Shown here piece after piece: positions 1 to 13,525 of a stretch of DNA of 55,910 nucleotides. Location: the NCBI RefSeq assembly GCF_004010195.1, contig NC_057752.1:14417240-14473149 (forward strand), read 5' to 3'. A model generated the notes under the pieces. The model was not told the DNA's origin and ran no database searches. It worked only from the letters and a program-made list of their open reading frames with translations. Each line of letters begins with the position of its first letter. Within the stretch, counting starts at the first letter, position 1. The position numbers were made by a program, and so were the translations under genes. Source of the DNA: Chiloscyllium plagiosum (lineage: Eukaryota).

Positions 1-490
1 CCCCACTTGCCCCTGGATGGGGGCAGCTCCAACAACACTCAAGAAGCTCGACACCATCCAGGACAAAGCAGCCGCTTGATTGGCCCCACATCGACAAACA
101 TCCACTCCCTCCCCCCACCGACGCTCAGTAGCAGCAGTGTGTACCATCTACAAGAATCCCTGCAGAAATTCACCAAAGATCCTCAGACAGCACCTTCCAA
201 ACCCATGACCACTTCCATCTAGAAGGACAAGGGAGCAGATACATGGGAACACCACCCCCTCCAAGCCCCTCACCATCCTGAATTGGAAAAATTGCCGTTC
301 TTTCAGTGTCGCTGGGTCAAAATCCTGCAATTCCCTCCCTGAGGGCATTGTGGGCCAACCCACAGCACATGGACTGCAGTGGTTCAAGATGGCAGCTCAC
401 CCCCACCCTCTCAAGGGGTCAACTAGGGACAGGGCAATAAATGCTGGGCCCAGCTAGTGATGCCTGTGGCCCACGAGTGAATGAGAAAGC
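1..490 (+). mobile_element. 3' end of a CR1/L2-clade LINE (degenerate)
   Basis: Ends in GGACTGCAGTGGTTCAAGATGGCAGCTCACC...GGGCAATAAATGCTGGG, the same tail seen at 40020-40255 and, inverted, at 23310-23450. Confidence 0.7.
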
Positions 491-2411
491 AAACCGAGAT
501 GGGTTCTGCATCTTTGAGCTTCTTTAATGTACAACACAAATAATTCAAATTACAACGTGCTAAAGGAGCTGCAAGGTTTTGGGGCTGTGGTAATCCAAGT
601 CGATGACTAGGGTGGCTGACCATGGAACATTGAGCTGAACTGGGAAGCTTTTGCACAGACTCACTGTCCAGGGACCTGCAGACTGATTCCCCCACCCACC
701 TTATGCACAGTCGCCTTGTTTGACACGTGCAGCATTAGGAAGGACGGTGAGTCTATCTACGGCCAGCTCTGCACTGGGTTCGTGCCAGTAAGGATCAAAG
801 GATTAGCCCTGGGCCCAAGATCCAGCTGCCTCCTTTCTCGTTCCTATGACAACCGTATCTGTTTGATTTCTCTCACAGGCCTGCTTCCCAAAGAAGGCAT
901 GGGTTCGCACACTACATAACCCCTGCTCGCACATGTCTAAATCCCTCCACCTCCACTCACGTGCATCCCCTCGGTCCAGCCTGTGCAACAATGTGCATCC
1001 AGTGTGACCCATTGTACCACAGATGAAGCTGTAACGGAGCCACACAGAAACGGGTAGCTGTCGGCCCCTTAGAGTGAACTACAATAGCCAGGTTAAAAAC
1101 CAAAGGGGAGTGTAGGCCTCAACTTCCAGCCGTTGCTTGGAGCCGCAAATTTTGACAATCTGCTCTGTCGAGCCTTTTCAGGTGACTTAATCGATGATAT
1201 CTGTGAAGGAAGAGTGTCTCGGTCCCAAATTTAGACAGGCCTCCCAGAGCACTCCTTCCTTGACAGGAATATATGGATCAGCCAAAGACCCTCCTGGTCC
1301 CAATATGCTTCATGTATCTGACCATTTATCACAGAATTTAGATTATTCTTGCTGGGCCCAGTATTTCTGTGTAGTCGCAACATCATTTAGGAGTGTCTTA
1401 CTGCACAGCACGGTAGCGGCCCTACCTCTAGACCCGAAGTTTTGGATTTGAGACGCAAACCAGGAGGTATTGCCAAGGACAGTTCTGGTTGCGAGTTGGT
1501 TGATTCTCAGCCTGTAGATCCCTCCAGTATGCCTGATGGAAACAAAGACAAGCGTAAAAAGGCAGATGATGGTATTGAGGTCAAAATTGCTTCTGCTTGC
1601 CCTCCTATGAGGTTGCTCATCTGGAAGAGAGATAAAATGGCTTCCGGGCCTGTGGGAGAAGTTTCCCCAAGCATGCCGATCACATTTACTTGAGGGAGTG
1701 CCTGACCACCCACGGTTCCGCCTTTCAAAACAAAATGGGGAAGCGAGACCCTGTCAGGAATAGGGGACTTGTCAGACCGCAAAGAGGAGCTTTTCCATTC
1801 CGGGCTGCTGGTCATCATTGCTCCCTCAGATCCGGTACCATTCCCAAAGAGATTTCCTTATCGTTTCATCTCATGTGGGTTCTTGCTATGCCAGCTCAAT
1901 TAACCGACAGGACACCTTGGCGATGTCCCCACTCCAAAAAAAAGGCTGCCTGCGAACATCCTGTTACATGTCGCTCTCTAAATGCAATTGCTCTCTTTCC
2001 TCAATGCAGTTTTGTTTTATCACACTCACCTTCAAATGGTTGGGAAATGTCCTTCAATGTGACTATGAAACCTCATCAGCTGCATATTGCAATGGGTTAA
2101 GAAATTCTTAAGACATTTTTCCCCCCCAACTAATCAATTCATGCAACAATACAACCAGGAACAGGTGGGATTTGAGCCCAGAGCACCAGGTTGAGAAACT
2201 CCCACTGTACCAGTCCATACTCTTCTGGCAGCTTCTAGTTTGTGAAGTTTTGACTTTAGCAAAATGTACACAACACTGACACCTACTGGTGTCATCAGGA
2301 TTGGCAGGCCTTCATCTGCAGACAACTGACTGGAACTGCACTTTATTTTGAGTACAGCCGAGTTTCTTGACCTTACTGCTGTTGCCTGCCTTTTCTGTTG
2401 ATCCTTAAGCC

Positions 2412-2730
2412 TCACGGTGTCAGGGACCTGGGTTTGATTCCCACCCCGGGTTACTGTTTGTGTGGAGTTTGCACTTTCTCCCCGTGTCTGCGTGGGTTTC
2501 CTCTGGGTGCTCTGGTTTCCTCCCACAGTCCAAAGATGTGCAGGTTAGGGTGAATTGGCCATGGGAAATTACCCATAATTTTCAAGGATGTGTAGGTTAG
2601 GTGCATTAGCCAGGGGTAAATGTATAGTAATAGGGTAGGGGAGTGGGTCTGGGTGGGATACTCTTCGGAGGGTCGGTGTGGACTTGTTGGGCCGAATGGC
2701 TTGTTTCCACACTGTAGGGATTCTATGATT
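2412..2730 (+). mobile_element. V-SINE (HE1-like), tRNA head partly lost
   Basis: V-domain GTGTGGAGTTTGCAC..TCTCCCCGTGTCTGCGTGGGTTTCC and CR1-derived tail GGGCCGAATGGCTTGTTTCCACACTGTAGGGATTCTATGATTC. Confidence 0.85.
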
Positions 2731-3344
2731 CTTAAGTGAATGGAGTACTTGATCTATGCTTTTCCAATTATTGTGTTTGTGGGTGTTGCCCATGGAGAAA
2801 AGCCCTGAGAGTTTGGTGCCCAGTGTCCAACAAGGAGGACACTCTCAGCAGGTGGCGAAGGTGAATCTGCCAGGCATTTGCTCTGGTTTCCATGGCGAGA
2901 ATTCCCGATGCTTATTTGGTAAGATAGTTTGAATATTAATAAGGTCAGTTGGATTGTTAACAAGCATTTAATGAGCAATAATCCCCGTTAATTGCTGCCC
3001 AGTGAGAAACTCCCCACATGGTTTGTCTAAACATGAAGTGAGAGGCTCCCAACTTCGAGATAGGCTGGGTCAGATTTCTTGTCCAGCTTGCCACAGCCCA
3101 TGTCACTTGGATTGTACCCTCTGTTTTTCTCTCTCTCCACAGAAGGTGTTGAGTCTTTCCATCCAGTTTACATTTCGAATTTCCTGCACCCATAACTTGA
3201 GAATGGATTTTGAAAAAATATAACTCATTTGTTCCAGTATTTACCTGAGATCTTTGTCTTCAATCAACTCCCTCAGGAATTATCGGGAGGAGCCAATGGT
3301 AGAAGGGTTACAACACTGGACGAGTGAGCCAGGGATCCATAGAT

Positions 3345-3830
3345 TTAATTAGATTAGATTCCCTACAGTGTGGAAACAGGCCCCTTGGCCCAACCAGTCC
3401 ACACTGACCCTCCCAAAAGTAACCCACCCAGACCTGTTTCCCTCTGACTAATGCAGCTACCGCTGTGGGCAATTTAGCATGGCCAATTCACCCTGACCTG
3501 CACATCTTTGTGACAGTGGGAGGAAACTGGAGCACCCGGAGGAAACCCACGCAGACACAGGGAGAATGTGCAAACCCTCCCAAAAGTAACCCACCCAGAC
3601 CTGTTTCCCTCTGACTAATGCACCTACCGCTGTGGGCAATTTAGCATGGCCAATTCACCCTGACCTGCACATCTTTGTGACATTGGGAGGAAACTGGAGC
3701 ACCCGGAGGAAACCCACGCAGACACAGGGAGAATGTGCAAACTCCACACAGAAAGTCGCCTGAGGCTGAAATCGAACCTGGGTCCATGGCGCAATGAGGC
3801 AGCAGTGCTAACCACCGAGCCACTATGCCA
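3345..3830 (-). mobile_element. V-SINE with an internal 167-bp tandem duplication (3408-3574 / 3575-3741)
   Basis: tRNA-like head, V-domain and tail on the minus strand; two near-identical internal units. Confidence 0.85.
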
Positions 3831-4044
3831 GATTGGGATAATCAAATTGACAGAGGAGGCCATGAGGAAGAATTCACAGAATGCATTTGAGACAGTTTTC
3901 CAGAACAAAATGTTATGGATCAACCAGGGATTAGGCTGCTTTGGATCTGGTGATGTGTGATGAGGCAGGTTTCATGAATGATCTCAGGGTAACAGATCCC
4001 CAAGAAAACAGTGATCATAACATGGTAGAATTTAACATAGTGTC

Positions 4045-4530
4045 ATAGAAAACAGAGCCTTTGGTCCAATTTGTCCATGTCGACCAGATATGCCAACCTA
4101 ATCTCGTCCCATTTGCCAGCACTTGGCCCATATCCCTCCAAACCCTTCCTATTCATGTACACATCCAAATGCCTTTTCAATGCTGTAACTGTACCAGCCT
4201 CCACCACTTCCTCTGGCAGCTCATTCCACACACGTACCACCGTCTGTGTGAAAAAGTTGCCCCTGAGATCCCTTTTAAATCTTTCCCCTTTCACCTTAAA
4301 CCTATGCCCTCTAGTTCTGGACTCCCCGACCCTAGGGAAAAGACCTTGTCTATTTACCCTATCCATGTCCCTCATGATTTTATAAACCTCTATAAGGTCA
4401 CCCCTCAGCCTCCGACTCTATAAGGTCACCCCTCAGCCTCCGACGCTCCAGGGAAAACAGCCCCAGCCTGTTCAGCCTCTCCCTGTAGCTCAAATCCTCC
4501 AACCCTGGCAACATCCTTGTAAATCTTTTG
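4045..4530 (-). mobile_element. CR1 LINE 3' end
   Basis: ORF2 C-terminal peptide RTRGHRFKVKGERFKRDLRGNFFTQ..VRVWNELPEEVV plus 3' UTR. Contains a 28-bp local tandem duplication near 4388-4445. Confidence 0.9.
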
Positions 4531-4940
4531 AGAAGATTTGAGAAGTCAAGTCAAATCCTGTTTCCACACACACACACACACACTTTTTGCTCAGCATACA
4601 GATAATAATACGGAGCAGATATCCTCAAATTATACTCCTTAGCCGACAGCAGGACAGCCAGGTTTGGTGCCCCAATGATCACAAATAAAGAAAAAAGTTG
4701 CATTATAATGGCAAAGTATTGTGAAGTGAAATATGATACAGCAGCCCCCTCTTGCCCACTCGGCCTCTCCACATGTGGGAATATTGAAAAAAACAAAGCG
4801 CAGCAGGTCAGGCAGCATCCACAGCTGGCTTCAGAGCAACAACTGGCACTGAAAATGAGATCTGGGAAGACTGAAAAAGATGAAGATTACAAAATCTTTG
4901 AAAAAAAAAGTCCCATTGTTTTAAACGATAATATTGCTTC

Positions 4941-4968
4941 CTGAAGAAGGGCTAATGCCCGAAACGTC
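4941..4968 (+). ncRNA. minimal type I hammerhead ribozyme core (Penelope pLTR-derived)
   Basis: CTGAAGA-A-GGGC-TAAT-GCCC-GAAAC-GTC: intact CUGANGA and GAAA boxes, 4-bp stem II, GUC site. Confidence 0.75.
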
Positions 4969-7649
4969 GATTCTCCTGTTCCCTAGATGCTGCCTGACCT
5001 GCTGCGCTTTTCCAGCAACACATTTCCATCTCTGATCTCCAGCATCTGCAGACCTCACTTTCTCCCCCTTGTAGAGCACAGAGACCTTGGGGTTCAGGGA
5101 CATAATTCTTTGAAGTGTGCGTCCCATATCAACAGGTTGGTTCAGAAGGTGTTCAGGGGAGATCCAAGATGGCGGCGGTCTGAGTCGACTGCTGTGCTAG
5201 GCTCTGTGCCATACCCCCTGGCAAGGTGGACCTTTCCATCCCCCCCTCGTTAACCACCCCCTGGAGAAAAAGCAATAATATAAGGTTACTGAACATCTGG
5301 AGCTGCCAAAATTGTGGCTTGACAACTCGAAGATCAGGATGAAGGCAAATAAAGGAAAGGGCCCTAAAGGAGTGTAGCAGGCAGGGCACTCCCCTACTGC
5401 ATTGGGGGTGCCCACAGCTATTGCTCAAACTCCAAGGGCAGCCCCTTTGGATTTAATGGGGCAGCAACATTTACTTTCGGAGTTTGCCAAACTCTGAGAA
5501 AAGATTGAGGCAGCGATGGAGCCAATATCTGCCATGCTGAAAAAACAGGAGCAGGAGATTCAAACACTGGACCGCAGCATCAGAGACCAGGGGGGAATGT
5601 CTCGGGAGGAAGGATCCGAACACTGGAAGACCAGGTTTTGGTCTTTCAGCAACAAGCGAGTATATGAGTAGGAAGGGTTTGGAGGGATATGGGCCGGGTG
5701 CTGGCAGGTGGGACTAGACTGGGTTGGGATATCTGGTCGGCATGGACGAGTTGGACTGAAGGGTCTGTTTCCGTGCTGTACATCTCGATGACTCTACGAC
5801 TCTATGATTGAAACAGCAAGAAGACTTGGAAATGATTCACAGGCTTTTAACATACAAAGGCTCAAGAATAAAGTTTTTTCAGGACTTCTCAGGAGCTCTA
5901 ATTAAGAAGAGAAGGGCATTTGATGAAGTGAAGAGAAAATTAAGGGATCTGAACATTCAATATTCCTTGAGGTACCCGGCCATGTTGTGTTTCGCTCACG
6001 GAGGGACGGTATATAATTCTGATTCCGCAGAATAGGCCAAGGCCTTTGCGAACTGTTTGAAATAAAGGACTCTGGTTGGGAGTGGGGGTGGGGGGATGGA
6101 GAATGGGGCACTGTCACGGACAATGGTACAGTTTTTCTTTGCTTTCTCTGCCCCTCTTTTTCTCCTCTTTCCCGTTTTAGTGGGTATCGGTTTTACAGCT
6201 TTTGTACTGCCTTGGTCTAAAGCCTGATTTATTTCTCATTTCGGTCGGTTGGCCATTGTCTGGGGTTTTTTTTTGACTGCTGTCCTTTTTTTTTGAATTG
6301 GGGTTAGCTATACCTATGGTGAAGATGTATGGAGAAGAGGTGAGGAGGGGGGAGGATGGGAGTCCATTGTTAACTCTCAGGAATGCAAATAACATGTTCT
6401 TTTTATCTGTGCATTGTCTGGGACTAGGGCGCGGGCTCAGCTGGAAGGAGCCAGGATGGTAGCAAGGATTGGGAGGATTGCTAGTGAATTGGGGTTTATT
6501 TTGGCGTTTGCTTACGTTAAATGCAGTGGTTAATTTTTTAGTTGTAGTAGTTTTTATAGGAGTAGTTTCTAGACTTTATAGAGTTAATGTCTTTTTCGCT
6601 TGTTGCACCTCAGATAAGCTTCCTCCTCTTGGGAAACCGTGGGCTGCCCTGGATGACCATGGCTAGTGATTCGTTCAGATGGTGCATCTGGAACGTAAAA
6701 GAGAGCCATTCCCCCATTAAAAAGAAAGAAGGTCAAGCCTCAGGAAGGAAAGGGTGGACATTGCCCTGGTGCAGGAGATGCATTTAACTGATAAGGAACA
6801 TCTGAAACTGCAGCCGGGGGGTTATGACAGGGTATTCTTCACCTCCTCTAGCTCCAAGAGTAGAGGAGTGGCTTTACTGGTAAGAAGGAACCTCCCTTTC
6901 CAGGTAACTGAGCAAATTAAGGATGAACATGGACGGTTCATCATTCTTAAAGCTTGAATACATGAAGAAGAGTATGGCATCCTGAATGTGTATTGTCCCC
7001 TGGTGCACCCTCTTACATTTCTAATTGATGCAGTCACTAAATTAATAAATCTTTTGGTGTGCCGCACGATCATAGGAGGGAGATTTTAACCACCTAATAG
7101 ATCCCGAGGTAGACAGGGTGCCAAGGGGCCCGGCAGGTACAACTGCCCAACCTGGACAGTTGGTGGACATGTGTGAGGAGCTGGGATTAGTGGATGTGTG
7201 GAGGCATCTCCACGCTAACGGAAGAGAGTTTACTTTCTATTCCAACCTACACAAGTGCTACACATGAATTGATATGTTCCTTATGCCGTTGGTTTGTTTG
7301 GACAGAACATTGGTGTGTAAGATTGGGAATATAGCTATCTTGGACCATGAATCAGTGTATTTAGATGTTAGAATCAAGGGCGGTGGAATGGATGCACGGC
7401 ACTGGCGCATGGACCCATTCCTGTTAAGGGATAGGAAATTTGTTGAGTACATCACAAGAGAATCCAGGGCCTTCTGGGATATCAACTCGGGTACGGCCAG
7501 TAATCCGGCAATACTGTGAGAGGCCACTAAGGCATGTTTAAAAGGCCTGATTATTTCATATTCAACGACTAGAAGGAGGCAGAGGGAGGAGCAGCAATGG
7601 ATGCTGGGGACCCAGCTGCAGATCACTGAGGAAGTATTATTATAATCGT

Positions 7650-7965
7650 GGATGGCACGGTGGCACAGTGGTTAGCACTGCTGCCTCACAGCGCCAGAGA
7701 CCCAGGTTCAATTTCCGCCTCGGGCAACAGTCTGTGTGGAGTTTGCACATTTTCCCTGTGTCTGTGTGGGTTTCCTCCGGGTGCTCCTGTTTCCTCCCAC
7801 CGTCCAAAGATGTGCAGGTCAGGTGAATTGGCCATGCTCAATTGCCCGTAGTGTTGGGTGCATTAGTCAGAGGGAAACGGGTCTGGGTGGGTTACTCTTC
7901 GGAGGGTCAGTGTGGACTGGTTGGGCAGAAGGGCCTGTTTCCACACTGTAGGTAATCTAATCTTA
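7650..7965 (+). mobile_element. V-SINE nested in L1 ORF2
   Basis: GGCACGGTGGCACAGTGGTTAGCACTGCTGCCTCACAGCGCC head, V-domain and tail. Confidence 0.9.
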
Positions 7966-9064
7966 TCTGGCTAAAAAGAAAAATGATTCCCAATCCATTA
8001 TGTCTGTTGGGGAGAAGTCTGGTAGATCAATGTTAGATTAAGGGAATACTTCGCAGAGCTATACCGGTCAGAGGGAGGCGAAGACAGTGCAGTGAAAACC
8101 TGGACCTCCTCAGTATAAACACGGAACAGGCCTCCCTGTTAAATGTGCCTATTACAGGTACATGAAGTGCAGGAAGCAAGAAATCATCTCCAGGGTGGCA
8201 AAACACTGGGGCCAGATGGATTCCCAAGTGAGTTTTATAAGGAATTCATAAATGTGTTGGTGGAGCCACCTCTGGGGATGTATAGCTATTCATATATGGA
8301 GGATTGTCTTCTGCCCTCTCTTAGGGAGGCTAATATCGCCCTCATTTTAAAGAAGGGGAAAGACCCCAAAGAAAGTGCTTCGTACAGACCCATTTCACTG
8401 TTGAATGTAGGATTTAAAATTCTGTCAAAGGTGCTGCCCCAGAGGTTGGAAAAAGCCGTTGCCCTATGTTGAAAAAGATCCGATGGGTTTTATCAAGGGC
8501 CATAGCTCCTCCAACAATATCAGGAGGGGACTGAACATCGTGCAGGTATGCCAGCATAGATTGATCCCGGGTTTGGTGGTCTCCCTAGACACAGAAAAGA
8601 TGTTTTTCTGGGTAGAATGACCGTACCTGTTTGGGGTCCTAGAGTGTTTTGGTCTGGGGGGAGTCTTTGCTAGATGGGTGGCGGTATTGTATAATGATCC
8701 TAAGGCAGCAGTCATTACAAATGGCACTAAGTCAGATAACTTTAATATTGGGAGAGGTAGTCGACAGGGGTGTCCTCTCTAACCACTGTTATTCACCTTG
8801 GCAACTGAGCTGTTAGCTGAAAGTATCAGGAGGGGCCAGGGGTGGGGAATACGGGAGTATAAGATAACCTTATATGCTGATGACATCCTTTTGCTCTTGG
8901 CCAATCCAGAGGTGTCTGTTCCTTGATTGATTCAAACAATTAATTTATTTGGCAGTTTTTTGGGCTACAGGATCAACTTCACAGAATCGGAAGCCATGCC
9001 AGTGGGGGGGATTTGTGGAGGTGTCTGATCTGAAGGATGGAATGTAGTTCCTATTTAGATGGTT

Positions 9065-9371
9065 TAGATTAGATTACAGTGTGGAAACAGGCCCTTCGGC
9101 CCAACAAGTCCACACCGACCCGCCGAAGCGAAACCCACCCATACCCCTACATTTACCCCTTACCTAACACTACGGGCAATTTAGTATGGCCAATTCACCT
9201 AACCTGCACATCTTTGGACTGTGGGAGGAAACCGGAGCACCCGGAGGAAACCCATGCAGACACGGGGAGAACGTGCAAACTCCACACAGTCAGTCGCCTG
9301 AGTCGGGAATTGAACCCGGGTCTCTGGCGCTGCGAGGCAGCAGTGCTAACCACTGCGCCACCGTGCCGCCC
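9065..9371 (-). mobile_element. V-SINE nested in L1 ORF2 (CpG-rich, apparently young copy)
   Basis: Complete head, V-domain and TCTAA tail on the minus strand. Confidence 0.9.
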
Positions 9372-11241
9372 ACAAAAGGGTTGTCAAAAGGGTTTTTGTA
9401 TTTGGGAATGTTTATTGCCCCTGCCTTCCACCAGTTGTATAAAGCTAACTGTGTACAATTACTCGAGAGGATAAAGCAGGATTTGCAGCGGTGGGAGGGA
9501 TTAGCGTTATCATGGTTAGGCTGAATAGCCCTGATTAAAATGAATGTTCTTCCTCGCCTGCTGTACCTCATGAGAATGCTCCCGTTGTTGCTACCCAGAC
9601 GAGTGTTACGGAGGTTCAATGGTTGGCGAGAGTCCTTTATTTGGAGTCGCAGGCACCCCCTAATTAAATTTAATGAATTGCAGCTTTTGCAGGTTAAAGG
9701 AGGGGTAGTTGGGGTGGGGTGGGGAGTAGACCTTCCAGACTTGAAGAGATATCAAATAAGTGCCCTGTTGTATATGTGGGTGACTGAGTACGGAGGGGGG
9801 GCAGATTTGGAGTTGATTTGGCTTGACGTTGAAGCCTTGCAGTTGAGATGTCCCCTAGTTAATCTATTATTCATCGATAAGATGAAATCCGTGACCGAGC
9901 AGTATAAGATCCCAATCATTTTAAGTATGGTGAAAGCCTGGAGGATAATGAGGCAAGATGAGGGCAATTGATCTAAGATCTTGCCGTTTACCCCGTTGGC
10001 AGGGGCCCAAGGATTTAAACCTGGGCAATGGACTCCGTCTTTAAGCTATGGGACAATAAGAGAATCTCTTGTTTGGGAGATTTATTCGAGGAGGAGATCT
10101 TGATGCCATTTAGTCAACTAAGTCAGAGATATCGATTGTCTAATAAGGACCTTTTCCGATACTTTCAGATAAGGGATTATATACAGAGGAAAACCATGCT
10201 CCTGGCTCAGCTTTATAAGTCAGACGTGGAGAAAAGAGTGCTCTGGTGCACGGGCGCTCTTTCAGTTAGTACTCTGTATCACTTACAGAAAGGGTGTACC
10301 TTAGGAGATATGGAGAGACTCTGTGGGACTTGGAATCGGGAACTAGGCGAAGATATTTCAATGGAAACATGGGAAGATATATGGGAAAAAGTAAAGAAAA
10401 TCTCAATATGTAACAAAGTGCAGGCCATGCAACTGAAGATTTTACACAGAGAGGCTAGCTAAGTTCAAGAGAGGAGAGTCTCCAGGGCGTCCCCAATGTA
10501 ACATTAGTATAGGCACTCTTACACATTGCTACTGTCAGGTTGTAAGATCCAGAGATACTGGAGTGCTATAGTAAGGGAGCTGAAGGAAATCCTGGGGATT
10601 GAAGTTAAAGTGGATCCGGCATTTCTTCTTCTGGGGTTGCCAAATTTGCCCTCTCTGGGGGAACACGAGAAGAGACTGTGTAACATTCTTACCCACTGTG
10701 CGAGGAAAAACCTCCAGGTCTTATGGGGTGGTGCAGGCTGCTGATGGAGCATCTCCCCAAGACTACCTCACAAAGATGGTGCACCACAAAACGGAGCAGT
10801 TTTACAAGACGTGGCGGCCCTTTCTAAATTATATTGATGCAGACGTATCAGCAACCTTAATCAGGGCCGTAGTATAGCTGTGGGAATCTGTTTGGGCGTG
10901 TGTGGGGCCCTGGGAGAGGGAGGCTGGGGGAAAAAAATACGGGTACTATGACTGATGCCCCCAGGGGTGGGAGCTTTAGTGGAAGTGTGGTGAGTGAAAT
11001 AAAATAATGTGATAGAATTTAATTTAAGTCAATTTGAATTCAGCTTAATTTAATTTTTATTTAATTTGATTGTAGTTTAGTTTAAATAGATACGTTTGTT
11101 CTGGTAGAATAGTAGGTAGTTTATCATTAATAGTATTGTGATATGATATTACTACCTCTATCTTCTGGTATTTTAGTTTTTTTATGTATAGTTGTTTTGT
11201 AAAAGGTTTGAAAACGTTTTAATAAAAATATTTATTAAAAA

Positions 11242-12175
11242 AATGTGTTTAGCATGCTTGCCTTCATTGCTCAGAGCTTTGAGGATAGGAGTTGGGATAC
11301 CATGGGACACAGTGGCTCAGTGGTTAGCACTGCTGCCTCACAATGCCAGGGATCCTGGATTTGATTCCAGCCTTGGGCAACTGCCTGTGAGAAGTTTGCA
11401 CATTCTCCCTATATCTGTGTGTCAGTTTCCACCCACAGTCCAAAGATGTGCAGGTTGGGGTGAAATGACCATGCTAAATTACCCAAAGTGTTCAGCGATG
11501 TGTAGGTTAGGTGCATTAGTTAAGGGTTAAATGTAGGGGAATGGGTCTGGGTGGGTTACTCTTCAGAGGGTCGGTGTGGACTTGTTAGGCCGAAGGGCCT
11601 GTTTCCACACTGTAGGGATTCTGTGTTGAGGCTGTCCAGGACATTGGTGAGGCCTCTTCTGGAGAATTGTGTCGAGTTCTGGTCACCCTGTCACAGGAAG
11701 GATATTATTAAGTTGGAGAGGCTTCGGAAGAGATTTGCCAGGAATGGAAGGTTTGAGTTATATGGATAGGCTGGGACTTTTTTGACTGGAGTTGAGGGGT
11801 GACCTTAGAGAGGTTTATAAAATCATGAGAGGTATAGATAAGGTGAACGGCAGGTGTCGTTTCCCTCAGGTGGGGGATTTCGAGACTGGGGGTCACATTT
11901 TTAAGGTGAGAGAAGAAAGATTTTAAAAAGACATGAGAGGTAACTGTTTTATACAGACAGTGGGTCGTGTGTGGAATGAACTTCCTGAGGAAGTGGTGGA
12001 CGCGGATACAGTTACAACATTTAAAAGACATTTGGATATGTTCATGAATAAGAAAAGTTTGGAAGGATATTAGCTAGGAGTAGGCAGGTGGGATTGGGAT
12101 AGTTTAGATTGGGATGAGGGTCAGCATGGACTGGTTGGGCCAAAGGGTCTGTTTCCGTGCTGTATGACTGTATAT
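11242..12175 (+). mobile_element. CR1 LINE 3' portion (continues 5068-5153), interrupted by a V-SINE at about 11300-11622
   Basis: RTLVRPLLENCVEFWSPCHRKDIIKLER motif and CR1 3' UTR; the sequence joins across the L1. Confidence 0.85.
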
Positions 12176-12511
12176 CCTGTTGCCTCACACAGATGGGGAA
12201 TGGTCCTGAGGCAACGGTGAACAGAACATGGCTCAAAGGAGCATTGAAGTTGCCAGAGACAGGGAGGTTTGAAGCTGCAGTGACCTGTGATGACAATAGG
12301 TGGTGGTTTGTCAGATACAGGGGCTGGGCTGTCAGTGTTGGGGAGGCTGGTTCTGAGGAGTCAGAAGTTACAGGGAAGTGGGAATTTGGGGAGAGTGTTG
12401 AAGTGACCCTGGGGGGCATGTGGAACTGTGCCAGCCAGCAATGCCAGCATATTGAGGAAAGACATAGGGTTGAGGAAGGAAAACAGACAGCTGCACTTCT
12501 GTTCAAATTCA

Positions 12512-12521
12512 TTTATTTATT
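12512..12521 (-). terminator. candidate distal polyadenylation signal (overlapping AATAAATAAA)
   Basis: Two overlapping AATAAA hexamers on the minus strand, followed by GT/T-rich sequence, about 1.1 kb after the stop. Confidence 0.45.
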
Positions 12522-13525
12522 TTTGAGAATCTACAGCTTACAATAATTCGGGATCATTTCAAAATACAACGGCAAACATTGACAGAATTATACCACGTGA
12601 CAATCCACAGGCACTCACCTCCCTCCTCCCTTGATGCACCAACGATCACCCAGCGAAGGGAGTGCATAAACTGGGTGAGACAAACAGGCGGGCACTAACA
12701 GGGCCTCCAGAACCACCAAAGGGGCATCAGTGGCATGGCCACAATGCCCTGGAGTAGCAAGGGCTCTCATGGCACAGTGATCATGTCACCCTCGTTCTAC
12801 CTCTCCCTCTTGCCTTGTCTTGCTTCCTTCTTGCCGCCTCCTCTCTCTTTTCTCCTCCTTTCTCTCTCTCTTGCTCCCTCCACCTCTCTCTTGATTCCTC
12901 CTGTCTCTCTCTCTCTCTGTCTTGCCTCCTCCCATCTCACATCGTTTCCCACCTTAAGAAATCTTTCTTTCTCTGGTAAAAACTGGTTCAGCATTCACAT
13001 CAGACAGAGAAGGCTCGCAGCCAGGCTGTGGCGCTTTTGGTCTGGGAGCTGGAACCTGAAACCACTCTGAGTGACACCGCTAAACTCACTGGCATTGACG
13101 TGGTCCAGGGTTTCTCAGCCTGACAGTCAGGGGACTCCCTACCACAGGCAAGGCACCTTGTATCTCCTAGAATGCCCTCTGCTTCACACTCTGCTGTGAA
13201 GGGTGTCAATTCAATAAATATTATTTTAACAATCATCCAACGTGGGCCTACCTGGAAGCAAGTTAGCCCCCACTAACACAGCTGAGCCCAGAGAAACACC
13301 TCGGAAATTCAATGTCACCGGCACTGCCCACTGGCATTATTGGCATCGTAACAGAGCGGGCATTGGTTTCACCTCCAGATCCTGGGACCGTATCTTCAGT
13401 TTGCAGTGGTCAGATGGAAGTCAAGTGGAAATTAAGATGTTTACTTGTCATTAAAATCAATTGCATCATCATCGTCTCCTGAATCGGGCACCAATACAAC
13501 TCCTGATCATGATTCGTGACAATCA

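Larger units (their letters stand above)
5154..11241 (+). mobile_element. full-length but decayed L1-clade LINE (ORF1 about 5339-6065, ORF2 about 6659-10877) with nested insertions
   Basis: 5' GGGGAGATCCAAGATGGCGGC. ORF1 C-terminus IKFFQDFSGALIKKRRAFDEVKRKL..YSLRYPA. APE motifs WNV and LVQEMHL. RT motifs GPDGFPSEFYKEF, SYRPISLLN, RQGCPL and LYADDILL. AATAAA and A-tail. TSD aaggtgtt (5146-5153) / aatgtgtt (11242-11249). Many stops and frameshifts. Confidence 0.92.

Noticed and set aside
2280..2340. Minus-strand peptide SSQLSADEGLPILMTPVG, faintly like a HIGD1C first exon
   Set aside because: Too short, no start codon and no further HIGD1 exons found; likely chance.
7650..7725. tRNA gene
   Set aside because: This is the tRNA-derived head of a V-SINE, continuous with the V-domain and tail and repeated many times in the window.
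13075..13110. IRE-like C-AATGC-CAGTGA-GTTTA on the minus strand in the putative 3' UTR
   Set aside because: The upper stem has U-U and A-A mismatches and the lower stem is poor, so it is not a credible IRE.
13167..13193. Alternative last exon (QSVKQRAF-stop) after a CAGCAG acceptor
   Set aside because: Weak pyrimidine tract and no similarity to the DMT1 non-IRE tail; unsupported without RNA data.
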